Shown here: positions 17,001 to 29,100 of the stretch, piece by piece
How positions within the stretch are numbered: the first letter of the stretch is position 1
Layout of the letters: every line of letters starts with the position of its first letter
Origin: Candidatus Electrothrix yaqonensis
Lineage (GTDB): Bacteria > Desulfobacterota > Desulfobulbia > Desulfobulbales > Desulfobulbaceae
NCBI GenBank assembly: GCA_047651235.1
Contig: CP178758.1
Span: 1,050,001-1,082,000 of the forward strand
Length of the DNA: 32,000 nt
Direction of reading: 5' to 3'
Notes under the pieces: model-generated
What the model was told of the DNA's origin: nothing
What the model saw: only the letters and a program-made list of their open reading frames with translations
Database searches by the model: none
Made by a program: the position numbers and the translations under genes

Positions 17001-17120
17001 CTCCGTAGGATCGTAGATGTATTCGTACCATTTTTTGGCATATTCAAACTTTTGATCCGCGTTCAGGGTCTGGGCAATCAGGAACGGTGCATGGAAAAAG
17101 ATCTCCCAATAGTAGATGCC
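14067..17120 (-). other. TcA C-terminal shell, pore-forming and TcB-binding-type module
   Basis: The module begins at NGIYYWEIFFHAPFLIAQTL and includes the hydrophobic hairpin MMTAGAVLNGVVALGRVVAGLSHVVPQVTAGPFSFGV. It also contains FDYDFPGHYNRQIK (14828..14870) and ERYLPFEGTGAVSNW before the stop codon. Confidence 0.8.
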
Positions 17121-20100
17121 GTTGGCACTGTTAAAATCAAGATGACTGTTGACCGGTTCGGCTGAAAACCTGCCTTCGGCCATCCCGATATTATCCGGTG
17201 CCGAAGCATCAAAACTGATAGTAGGGGATTCATTGATTTCCTGGGTCGAAATGGACAGCAGGTCTTCCACCTCACCGGCAAACAGAATCTGATTCAGTTT
17301 CTCGGCCGTGCTGGAGGTCAGACGGATCAGCTCGTAGTTGACATCGTTGAGTTCGTAAGGAACGGCATCAGTGTCATAGGATATGGCTCCCTCTTCATCA
17401 ACGGTATAGGTGTAGGAAAGGTAATTGCTATTCTGGATAAAATACAGGGTGATCTCTTCACCGACAATGGCGGAATAAGCGGCGCTGAGGCCGCCCGTAC
17501 GGATATCATAGGGGATGTTTCCCCAGTTGCCGGTAATCGGCGAAGAGCTGCCCAGTTCCGTCGGATCAATACCGGCGTCCAGGCGGTAATACGCATCACC
17601 GCTGAAAAAATAGATGTACTCACCCAAGGTAAAAGTGGCATCAATATCCGAGACACCATCAGGCAGCGACTGCGGATAGCGGCTGTCGATATACTCCGGT
17701 ACGGAACCGTTATCATTCAGAGTATAGCGGTAGATATCCGTTCCGGCAAACAGATATAAGTAATCACCCGAACTGTACGCTGCATCCACGATCCGGTCTA
17801 AAGCAAGATCGCCGGGGATGTACACCCCCCATATTCCAACAGTGGTTGCGGTTACTTTTGAATCATCCCGATAGTATTCGTGCAGGTTGTTATTGAACAG
17901 ATACGATACTCTGTCTTCCGGCGAAGTAAAAGCCGCATCCACTTGGGTCCAGTCGGCAGGAAATCCTTCTTCGTTTCCTTCAATATTTTTCGGATAACCG
18001 TCATCCGCGGTATTGCTGTATTCTCCGTCCTCCTTGGGAGTGAACCGGCAATACTGTCCTCCGCTGAACAGATACAGCGCACCGGGCTCTCCAAGATTTT
18101 CTGAGCCGACAAGGGCCGCATCAACCTGATTGTTCAACCAGATATTATTGTCCTGCAACTTAGTACCGAGATATACGCCCATATCCAAGTCAGCCAGATT
18201 ACCGCTGACACTGCTGCCGTTTTTTAGCTGTTCCAATATTTCTTCCGGGAGCTGTTCATTGGAAAACAGATGATAAGTATCACTATTTGTAATAATAATC
18301 AGGATACTGCCGTCACTGGAGGGAAACGCTGCAGTTACATGTACTCCTATCTTATACCACAAGCTTTTATTGGAGCTGTTATTGTTATCAAAATAAATAG
18401 TGTTAATCTCTTTATTATCATTATCATCGTCCCAAACTCTGCCCCAGCTTGAACTGGTGCCGAAATCAAAAAAGACGATATAATACATTACACCGTTACT
18501 GTCGGTATAATGCAACCCAGAGGTCCAGTATTTTTTGGTGACGTTGTCAAACAGAACAGGAACAGCATTGCTCACCGTGATGTTTGTCTCCGTGCCATCC
18601 GTAACCAGAAAATACTGCTGCTGATCACTGCAGCGAGCCAATACCCCCCCATTTATGGTCATCATCCCGGTAACTATGTCCCCGCCCAGCTCGATTTCAC
18701 CACTAATCTCACGACCATCAGTCAGAGCATTGACCACAGCTTCAATGTCAGCCGAGACTCCTTCAAACTTACTGTCAGCAGCGTTGTATACTGTATACTG
18801 ATCGTTATCAATAAGATGCAACTTTCCTTCGTAAACTGCCGCAGCAACACTGACCGAACTGATAGGTCCGCCGCTTCTTCCCGATAGACCAAACAGGCTT
18901 CTGATGGAACAAACATCGCTGTTATCTTCAGCATCGCTGCGTAATACTGTTCCGGTCTCGTTATTAAACCAGAAGGTAACATCATTGCTGTTGGTAAAAG
19001 CGGCATCAATGCTTGTCCAAGCATCAGGAAAGCTTTCAAACAGTTCCGCTAACGTATAGGGTTGTTTGATCAGCAAGTCAAAGGAAGAGCCATCATATTT
19101 ATAAATGTACCCATCCAGGGTCAAGTAGACAGAATCATCAACGACAAAAGCCGAATCCACTGTCCCTGTATCTTCCATCTCCGTTGATTCAATCCCCCAA
19201 CGACTGCTGATGGGTGCGGGGTCAGAAAGCGTATTGCCAGAGAGTGTTTGGTACGTTTTATCACTGAGGAAGAAATAGATATCACCGTCAGTTGCCGCCT
19301 GAACCGCCGCAGTAATGGTAATCTCACCGCTTTCGTCATAAGGCATGCCGCTTTTAGTGAATTCGTTTGTCCAGTCACTGCTGTCCAGTGGCTCAGCATC
19401 CGGTTTGACCAGAAAGCCACTCCCCTTATGGTTATAGGCAAACCAAGGGCCGTCCAGAGAATTCTCAATTGCGTTCAGCATCACCGCATTATGTTCTTCA
19501 ATCTGATCTTCATGGAAAAGCGTTGTAAACACTTCCTGAGCACTGTTAGCAAAGCTCTGCGGGGAATCAATCCAAGAAGAATACAGTTCCGGCGTTAAGT
19601 TAAAGGCTTTGTAATGATCACCAGCAGGATCAGAATAATTCTCTCCAAGTTCTTCTTTAAGTTCTTTGTCAAATTCTTCATATGCCGTGGCCAACTCTTC
19701 AGCTTTTTTTCTGGCAGCAGCAGCAGCTTTTTCTGCTTCTTCTTCATCTTCTGTCCCGACAGCCTTCTTTGCTTCTTCTTCTGCGGTCTGAGCCTTCTCC
19801 TCTGCTTCTACAGACTGAATATAGAGATCATAAGAATAGCGGACCCGGATATGGATATTTTTGTAATCGTGGCTGGCGTCGTTCTGCTCCAGATTAGTAG
19901 AATTCTCCACAAACAAAGAGATCTTCTTCTCTGAGAGAGCGTAATCGAACAGTAATTTATCGTCATCTTTAAATGTAGTAACCAGCAACTGCGGCTGTGA
20001 CCAGCGTTTGTTGAGATTGTAGAAGGAATAATAGATTTTGATCTGATACTGAATATTGCTCTCGGAAGAGACATATGTCGATTTTCCATCCTCTGACTCT

Positions 20101-23100
20101 GTTGTAGTGACAGTACCTGAGGAGGCATCCGAGGTGGTTTCCTCCAGCACAGCCCAGAAGACAAAGACGCGATTAAAGGCGAACATCGGCTCGACCCGGG
20201 TGCTTTCGATCTTGATCTCCAGCTCTTCCCAGGGATCCCAGGTAATTGTACTGCTGTCGCCATCAGCAAAGGTGGCAAAACGGTAGAAATACCGCATGGG
20301 GTCAGTGCGGGTGCGACCGAACAGAACCAGCACCTTATCGTCGTCATCGTCATACACATACCCGCCGGCAATGGTCAGCTCCGAGACTTCGGTATAGGCA
20401 TCCAGATATTTGAAATAAGCCTCTTCAATCATGTCTTCGGTCAGTTCTCCCTGAGACAGACTTTCCTGCAGGGCTTCAAAGGCCGGGGAGACTGTATCGC
20501 GCAGTTCCGGACGGATATAATTTTCCGGATAGAGAAAAACTTTCCGGTTGGCCTCCCAGACGCGATAGCTGCGCATCCACTGCCACTGTTCTCTCAGCGC
20601 GTCTTTTGCTGCCTGCTGATCATCGGCATCCAAATCCACCTCTTCCAGGTTGACAAGATAACGGTGCAAATACAGCTGGGTCGCGGCAATGGCCTCTTTA
20701 ATCCGGGAGGTTCTTGCTTCGCTGGACATCTGGATGTCAATCAGTAACTTCTGATACAGCTGCCGCGTTGTGCTGATTTGCGTATCATTGGCAATGACAT
20801 AGGGAACCAAGGCATCGCGCTTGATCGTATTCAGTTCATCCGTAATCTGATTGACCAGCACCTCGTAATTATTATCACAGTCCACCTGGACCAGCACGTC
20901 ATAGGCACCTTGGGCAGCAGCAGCGTAATTCGGGTAATCCGTTGTTGTGCCGTACAGGTTTAACCATACGTTGTTATACAGAGCAGAAACATCTACCCGA
21001 ATGCGTTGAGTGGTGGACAGGATATCGTAGAGCCGCAGGACCAGTTCCAGATCAAAATCTTCTTCCAGAACATTGACCTGATCCGGGAGAAAGGCATTGC
21101 GCTGTTTGACCCAGCGGACCTCTTCTTTCTCAAAACCGAAGATGGCGGCAAAATGCATATAGGGTTCCTTAACTTCCCCTTGGGCACCGCTGACAAATTC
21201 GGTCAGGGTGATGTCCCCGGCGTTGAATTTCTGGCCCAGATCTTTAAACCGGCTCAGGGCATGTACATCACTCAGCAGGTAATCCGACCATTCCCCCCAG
21301 CGGTAGGCCAGGACCTGGACCGGCTTTTCATGGTCATGGTCGCTCAGATTCACAGCATAGGTGACAAAATTACCATCCGTGTGAAAATGAATTTCATCCT
21401 CGAATCTGAAGACAGTATCCATACCGTTTTCGGTCAGGATCGAGCTGTCCAGCTGCGGCCATTGATCAGTAATATCCTGCGGATATTCTTCATCCACATA
21501 GCGCGCTTCATCATAGGGATTCAGGGCGAACAGCTCCTCAGTATCGCTGTAGCGGATAAACTGCTCCCCTTTAAAGACATACAGGGCGCCGTCATCATCC
21601 ACATAGGCACCGTCGATGGTCTTGTCTTCAGCATCAGCAAAGGCATTGTCAATCTTCCCGAAAACATCAGTGGTATTACCCTCTGTGCTGCCGCCGGAGT
21701 TGATATGCAGATAGTTGCGTTCGTTGAAGAAGACGATGCCCAGGCCGGAGAGATAAAAGGCCGCATCAATGCCGTCTCGATAGTCTTCTCCGATGCTGTC
21801 GATTCCCAGCTCATCGGCCAGACTTTCCGCAATGATCTTAGGATACCCCGCATCCATGTACCGGTAATTATCCCCTGTGTAGCGAATATACTGCTCACCG
21901 GAAAAAAGGTAGGTCTGTTCCTTTTCCGCATTGACGAAAGCAGCATCAACATAGCCGCCTGCGGTAAAGTTGTTTTCAATATGGCCCAGCCCGTCAATGG
22001 AGTAGGCAGCATATTTATCCGCTGAACCGGTAAACAGGGTATCGCGGGTGAAGAAATACACACAGCGCCCGTTATCCACCACCCCGTTGAAGAACGGACT
22101 GTAGCCGTCCGTCTCCATCTCATCCAGGTGCTGCTGGAATTCCTTGGTCATAAAAGCAAAGGTGGGCTCGCTGCGCAGATAGGTAGCAATCTCTTTGGGA
22201 TAGCTTTCGTCCACGTACCGGTAATCCTTGCTCGAATAGCGCGCATATTTTGTGCCTGCAAACAGGTAGGTGATGCCTTCCGGTGTGACATAGGCAGCAT
22301 CCACTCTACTATCAAAGATATTGGCCTGCAGTCCCCAGCTGTCTTTAATATAGCTGACATCACTCCAGCCCTGAGCAGGATCGTAATACACCCAGCACTG
22401 CTCGCTGAAAAAATACGCCTTGCCGTCAGCATCGACAAAGCCGGTTTTCAGGTCTTTAAAATTGGTTTTATTAAAAGGAATGCCGCTGTAGATCAGGTCC
22501 AGCTCTCTCGGATATCCCCAAATCTCCCGCTTCAGATCAAAGCTGATGAACTTCTGATCGCTGATAAAGATCAGATTGTCTTCGTGGACAAAAATTGCAT
22601 CAACCTGGTCAAATCCTTCCTGCAGATACTGCTCCGGGATCTGCCAGAAACCGTGATCTCCTGTCTGCGGATAGCCAGCATCCGGGCGTTCGTAACTGTC
22701 TTCAGAATAGCGCAGGTAACGGAACCGGCCCTCTGTATCCGGGCGTTCAAAGAGATAGGTCACTTCCTTCCAGACATAGGCCAGAGCAACATTATCCAGG
22801 CCGTGCCATTTATCACGGATGCGTCTGGGTGGATAGACCACGGGCTGGTTCATATAAGTTGCAGACGGATCTTTAAATTTATCATACTGAACAAACCACT
22901 CTCCAGAAAACACATAGGTGATGTCGTCACGACCGACAAAGGCGGCATCAATGGTCTCCTGATCGTAAATCGGGTTTCTTGAACGACCGAACAGGCCGCT
23001 GACGGGAAAAGTCCGTTCCAGGGCAACATCGTAGACCTGATCACCGGCAAATACATAACTTCTTCCATCTGTACCGTGCAGCACAGCGGAAATAGCGCTG

Positions 23101-26100
23101 CTCAGGGGTACCGGGGCATCCGCCGCTTTTTCAGCAGCACGCGGGGTTGCCAGCGTGGCTTGCAGGGTGCGTGCGTCCAAGTGATTGAGTTTATTCCAGA
23201 CAGCTTCTTGCCCGTTGCCCAGCACGTAGGTCACTCCGCCTTCCTGGGTCACAGCGGCAATATCGGTAAACTGCCAGTCCTCGTACTGTTTGTAATTATC
23301 TTCGTCACCGATAACGACGTGGAAGGTATCGCCTCTGAACAGATAGATCTGGCGCTGATCCCCAAAGGCAGCGTCAATACCATCCGGAAAATCAACTTCC
23401 AGCCCCCGGAAGCGGGGTTCTTCTTTGATCCGGCTGATGGAACGGGGATAGCCCTGCTCCACGGCGGAATAATCAGTGCCCTTATAGCGGAACATCTGGT
23501 CACCGGAAAAGAGGTAGGTATGCATCTCCACATAATCGGTGAGCTGGCCTTCTTTATCCTGTTCCTCCCAGCGGGACTCGACCACCAGGGCGGCGTCAAC
23601 CCGACCGGTCTTTTCAATATTATTGCGGACTCTGCCCCAGTATTTTTTGGTCGGCCGGGGATAACCGTTGTCCAGATTGTACAGTTCCGCATCAGAGAAA
23701 CGCAGAAATTTACTTTCATAAAACAGGTAGGTCTTGCCGTCTTTCCCGGTAAACGCGGCCACCACTTTGTCCAGGCCGTCCGGCACCCAGTCCCACTGCT
23801 CGGACATGATCTTCGGCTCCGACCACCAGCGGTTGGCATGGTCGTGCTCGATGAAATATTTATCAAAGAACAGGAAGACCTTGCCGTCCGGTCCGTTCAT
23901 GACCGCATCGATCTGAAAGTCTTCTGCCCCGCCGGTCAGGCTCTCCGGCAGACTCCAGAATTCCTCATTGACCACGGCAGGAAAGACTTCAATTTCATCT
24001 ACGTCCGTCCGGTTGGCGAGCACGGTTTCAATGGTCCGGGCATTGGAGTCTTCTTCATCGACCTCCAGATAATCGTCCTCGTCCATATGCAGGGTGGAAT
24101 AGCGCACATAGACATTCTTTTCCTCACATCCACATGTGCAGGTACACTCAGCTTTACAGTCGCACTCACATCCATCTTCACATTTACATTCCCACTTGGT
24201 GCCGAACAGATAGGTCTTATTGTCCAGCACGAAAGCAGCTGTAACTGTGGTCAGACCTTCCCAGTCCTCCACGATATCGCGGGGAAATCCGTCATCCACA
24301 TCCTGATAGTCACTGCCAGAATAGCGCACATACTGACTGCCGGAGAACAGATAAGTCCTGCCGTCTAAACCGACAAAAGCAGCATCCACTGTGCCGTTCT
24401 CCGCAATTCTGTTGGTAACCTGCCCCCAGATAGTATTAGTTTCTACTTCATCGACAGTACCGTTCTGTTGAATGGTCGCACAGTCATCATCGCGGAACAG
24501 ATAGATTTTATCATCCAGACCGTGCAGGGCAGCATCAACACCGGACACGAATTTATCCGGCAATGAGGTGAACTCCTCGTAGATCGGTTTCGGGTAGCCT
24601 TCTTCGGGCTGCAAATTGGCCAGCTCAATGCTGCCACAGTATTTAACCACCTTGTCATTCAGAAACAGCAGATAATCTCCGTTGCTTGCCATAGCCGCAT
24701 CAATATGGTCCGCATGACCGAAGTCGTACTCGCTGTGGCCCCATTTTTCCGCTACTGCCCGCACCTGTCCGTCTTCCGAGGAAACAAACTGATCTCCGAG
24801 AAAGGCATAGCTGTAATCATCCGTGCCGTCGAACATCGGGCCCAAATCGCGACTGAACGCTTCAGGCAACTGCACAGGCTGATTTTCATCGTTCCAGTCT
24901 TCAGCAATGCTCTTGGGATATCCCTGATCGACCGAGGGCAGTGCAGTAATGTCCGTATCGACATTCGAGTACCGGATATATTTATCATTGCTGAACAGGA
25001 ACAGCCGCCCTTCCTCATCCACATAGGCGGCATCGATCATTTCCAGATTGTCAAATTCATTATCAACCTGGCCGAAGTTGTTGTCACGCCGGTCCCAGGA
25101 ATCTGAATCAGCGTATCGCACGTAATGATCCGCTCCGGAGATAACGCACCAGGTGCCGTACTGATCAATAAAGGCGGCATCAACCTTACTCAGATCTTCT
25201 TCTTCATCAAACAGCTGCCGGATCGGGTCCTCTTTCAGCCGTTTCTGCCGTGCCTCATCCTCTCTCTGCAGATCAAGCAGATCATCTTCTTCATCGCTGC
25301 GCCCGGCCACCACCACCTTTTTATCGATCATGGTGTAGTCTTCAGCCAGATAGATCCAGTAATAAGCATCTTTGAACAGATAGATGAATTCCTCGGTCTC
25401 CAGCAGGGCGTCGATGTCAGTGACAGGATTACCCTCGTCATCGTCGGGCAGAATCAGATCTTCCGGAAATTTTGCTACCAGATCCTGGTCTTCCAGGGCA
25501 ATAGTGATCTCATCATTGTCCAGCTGCAATTTTTTAATCAGCAGGGCCAATTGGCGGATACGTTTGACGGCCTGGGTGTAGAGCATATTGCGGGGCAGTT
25601 TGTCCAGCCGGTTCAGAACATTGGCCTCTGCAAACAAGGGCTGTAACCAAGCAAAATGCAGGTTGTCTTCGACCTTGAAAATCGCCTTGGACAGCATTTT
25701 TACTGCGTCCGGATCAATACCGAGCATCCCCTGCAGCTGTTCTATGACAAAATTCTCCTGAGCCATGCTCTGCTCTTTCATGGCCCCGTCAATTCCTTTT
25801 ACGGTTTTATCAACTGCCTGGGCTGCCTCGTAGAGCAGGAAGAAGATCTCTTTATCGTAATCCTCAAACTCGGGCACGGTGAAATCAGCGGCATTTTCCG
25901 GGATCAGGAAAAAGGGCACCTGATCGGGATTCAGAACATTCCGGTCATTCAGCACCCCGATTTCCTGGAGGGCTAAGCGCACACCCTTGATTTCTCCGGC
26001 GTCAAAATCCAGCGAGCTTAATGCCGTTTCCGTTAAGGTATAGGTATCTGCGTAGGTAATAATCCCCATAAGGTGGGTAAAAACGATATCTGACTTGGCC

Positions 26101-29100
26101 TTATCAAAATACGGGCGCAGGCTGAACTCCGCCTTGTTTTCTTCCTCGCGGAAAAAGGAACCGGCCTCCGGCAGGATCTGATGTCCCTGCAGCCAGTTTT
26201 CCTGCAGGTCTTCATATACCCACCGGGACACAGCCTTGTCCGCAATTTTACGCAGCACAGCCTTATCAACTTTCAGGTAATTGGCCTTGTCATCGGCCAC
26301 AGCATCCTGCAGCGCCTGACAGATCGCCCTGCGGTGGGGATAAAACTGGAGGGCAAGCTCTAGGGTAGCCGGGGTTTCCCGGATAATCCGTACCTTGTCG
26401 GTAAGGTAGTTATCTTCATCGATATACCTGTTCATCCGCAGGTTGGTCATCAGGTCGTCAAGCGCAACCGGTTTCAATTCCAGCGACTCAAACATCTGTT
26501 TGCTGATCATCACCCTGCTGGCTTCAAATTTTTCCAACTGCATGGTGAGATGATGCAGTACATGCCGATCCAGGTCATTCAACCCGACACTCAGCTGCAT
26601 TGCGTCTGCATTGCCGGGTTCGCTGAACATCTCGACATCCTGGGCGTACCCCTGTTCATCAATATACCCGTTGAATATCAGGGTGTCGTACAGCTCCTTG
26701 GCTTCCGGTTCTGCTAGTCCCAGCTCTTTGAGATCGGATTTAAAGACCTGGATTTCAATCTCCTCAGCCTGCTGGTCAGCATTTTCCTGATAAATTCCAT
26801 GAAACAGATCAAACACCTCATCCTGCACTTCACTAAAATCGTACTCAAGGCTGAACTGATCTGATTCGGAGCTGTCCCCTTCAGCAGTCTCTGTTTCTTT
26901 GGGAACAATACTTTTGGAAAGGATGTTGCCGCTGCCGTCAATTACCTCATGAATAATCAGGTTGCGGAAGATTTTTTCCTGTAATTTATCTTCCAGTGAC
27001 AGGCCGATAAATTCCTTTGCATGGATCCGGTCCAGTTGTCTGATAAAGTCTTCAGCCAGTTCCCGAGTCTCCCTATGCATATATTTGAGCAGTTTATGCA
27101 TATGCCTGCCCTGAGGATGGCTGCAGCGGCCCTTGACCAGACCATAGGCAAAACGTGCTGCCCGCTCATCTCCCAATGCCTCTGTAAAAGTTTCCGGGGT
27201 CAGTTCCTGGCTTTTGAATCCCTCCAGCATGGCATTGTATATTGTCAGGTTCTGCTTTTTCTGCGCCTTTTCCTCCTTGTCGGTCATGGGGGCACCGTTG
27301 ACGATTTTCCACAACATCTCAGCGGAATACCCGAACTCCTTCATCCATTTGTTCAGTGCGGCCAATGACTCAAACAGCCAGAGCCGGTCATTGACGTTAC
27401 CGTTGACAAAAATATCGAAACATTTTCTGGGGGTTGAATCTGCTGTCTCCGGATAGATGAAATAGGTATGCGGATCCAGGCGCCCGATAAAGGGATCCTG
27501 CTCCAGCAGATCAAACATGATGAACAACTCAAGGAAATGCACGTCCAGCATTTTGGATAGAGCATGAATCCGATATAAGATGTTCAGCAGCTCCCATTGG
27601 TTTTCTGTTTTTTCCCAAAGCGAACTGTCCGAAATTTCCTCGTACTCCAGCCGCTCAGTAATATTGATCAGGTCGGTTTCTGTAAAACCCAGGGTATGGC
27701 GGAGACGCTTGCGGTAATCATCATTATCATCGGAAAATAAATCCGCATAGTATGTAATCGGTTCGTAATCGTGGTAGGTGGTATCGGCATACTGCTCAGG
27801 CTTATCTCCCATCACCTCATCGATATGCAGATACTTTTCATCTACTTTCACACAGGGCAGGTTGAAAATCCGGTTGAACTGATCCTGCGGATAGTCTTCG
27901 TTGCTGCGGCCGGTAGAGCTGATCAAACTGAGCACAGCAATGATGGTATCAATGGGTTGATCAAAGGTTTTATGCAGCCAGACGACCTGGGCGATGATCA
28001 GCAGGGTGTCTTCACTAATAGTAGGAACATCATCCACCTGGCAGCAGAAGCCGAGTATCTGGTCCAGTTCAGTAAAGCTGAGGCCGGTTTTCTGCGCAAA
28101 GCGTACAAAGCGGCTGACGCGGTCAAACCACTGCAGGGGCAGCGTGGTCGTATCGGTGCTGCTCTCATCACTGAGACTGTTCCATTCCAGAGTGGTCTCG
28201 TCAGCACTCAAGGCAACGTAGCCGGAGGAGTAGGCACTATTTTCATCGTCGGCGAGTCCGGTGTTGATATAGAAATTTTCACGCCCGGCTTCCACATTAG
28301 AGTGGTTCGAAGGATCAATGTATAATTGCTGGTACAACAGCTCACGTACTGCTTCCGCTTCAAGATCTGTGGTTTCCATAAAGGCGGACAGGCTTGACAT
28401 ATCGCTGACAAAACTGCTGCCGACATACCCGTAGGATGGCATAAAAAGGCTGGAGGAGACAGCGGTGGCTCCGCTTACAGTACCGTCGTTTCCGTTTCCT
28501 GTTGTATCCGCAGCTGTTCCATTTCTTTCGTTAAGCTTCCAGTAACCAACAAGTCCGTCTTCGGTTCCTGACAGCCTGTCATTCATATAAGACTTTATTT
28601 CATCAGCACTTCGGGCAATGTTCCAGACGCGGACATCGGCAATTTCTCCTTTAAAATACCAGTCGCGTTTCTGGTTTCTCCCTATGTTCAGATTCTGAGA
28701 AGGAATTCCTATGGATTGGGCAAAAGAGCATGTGCGGCTTTGTGCCTTGCCATTAATATAAGTAGTGATGGTTTCCGAAGTTTTTTCCCAAGTGAAAGCG
28801 ACATGTGCCCATTCGCCATCGCTTGGAGCAGGATTGTCGCATACTGTTTTGCTTGTATCCTTAAGCTCGACGCGAATATTGCCTTTATACCAGAACAATG
28901 ACCATCCTTTGTCGGTCCACCCTCCGCCGCAGTTGACGATATGGCCGCCTTGTCCCGACTGATCGTGTTTTACCCAGGCTTCAACAGTCACAGAGTCGGT
29001 CACGCTTATATTGCTTCCGCAATCCACATAATCGTCTGAACCGTCAAAAAAGAGGACTGACGGTTCCTGAACAAAGTCAAACTCTTCCTCCGACAGGCCC

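Noticed and set aside
15564-24368. Long plus-strand ORFs inside the giant gene (15564..16373, 21006..22025, 22128..22982, 23076..24368 and many shorter ones)
   Set aside because: They are antisense shadows of a 15.5-kb ORF with clear family motifs. Their translations are low-complexity, with no recognisable motifs, starts or SD sites.
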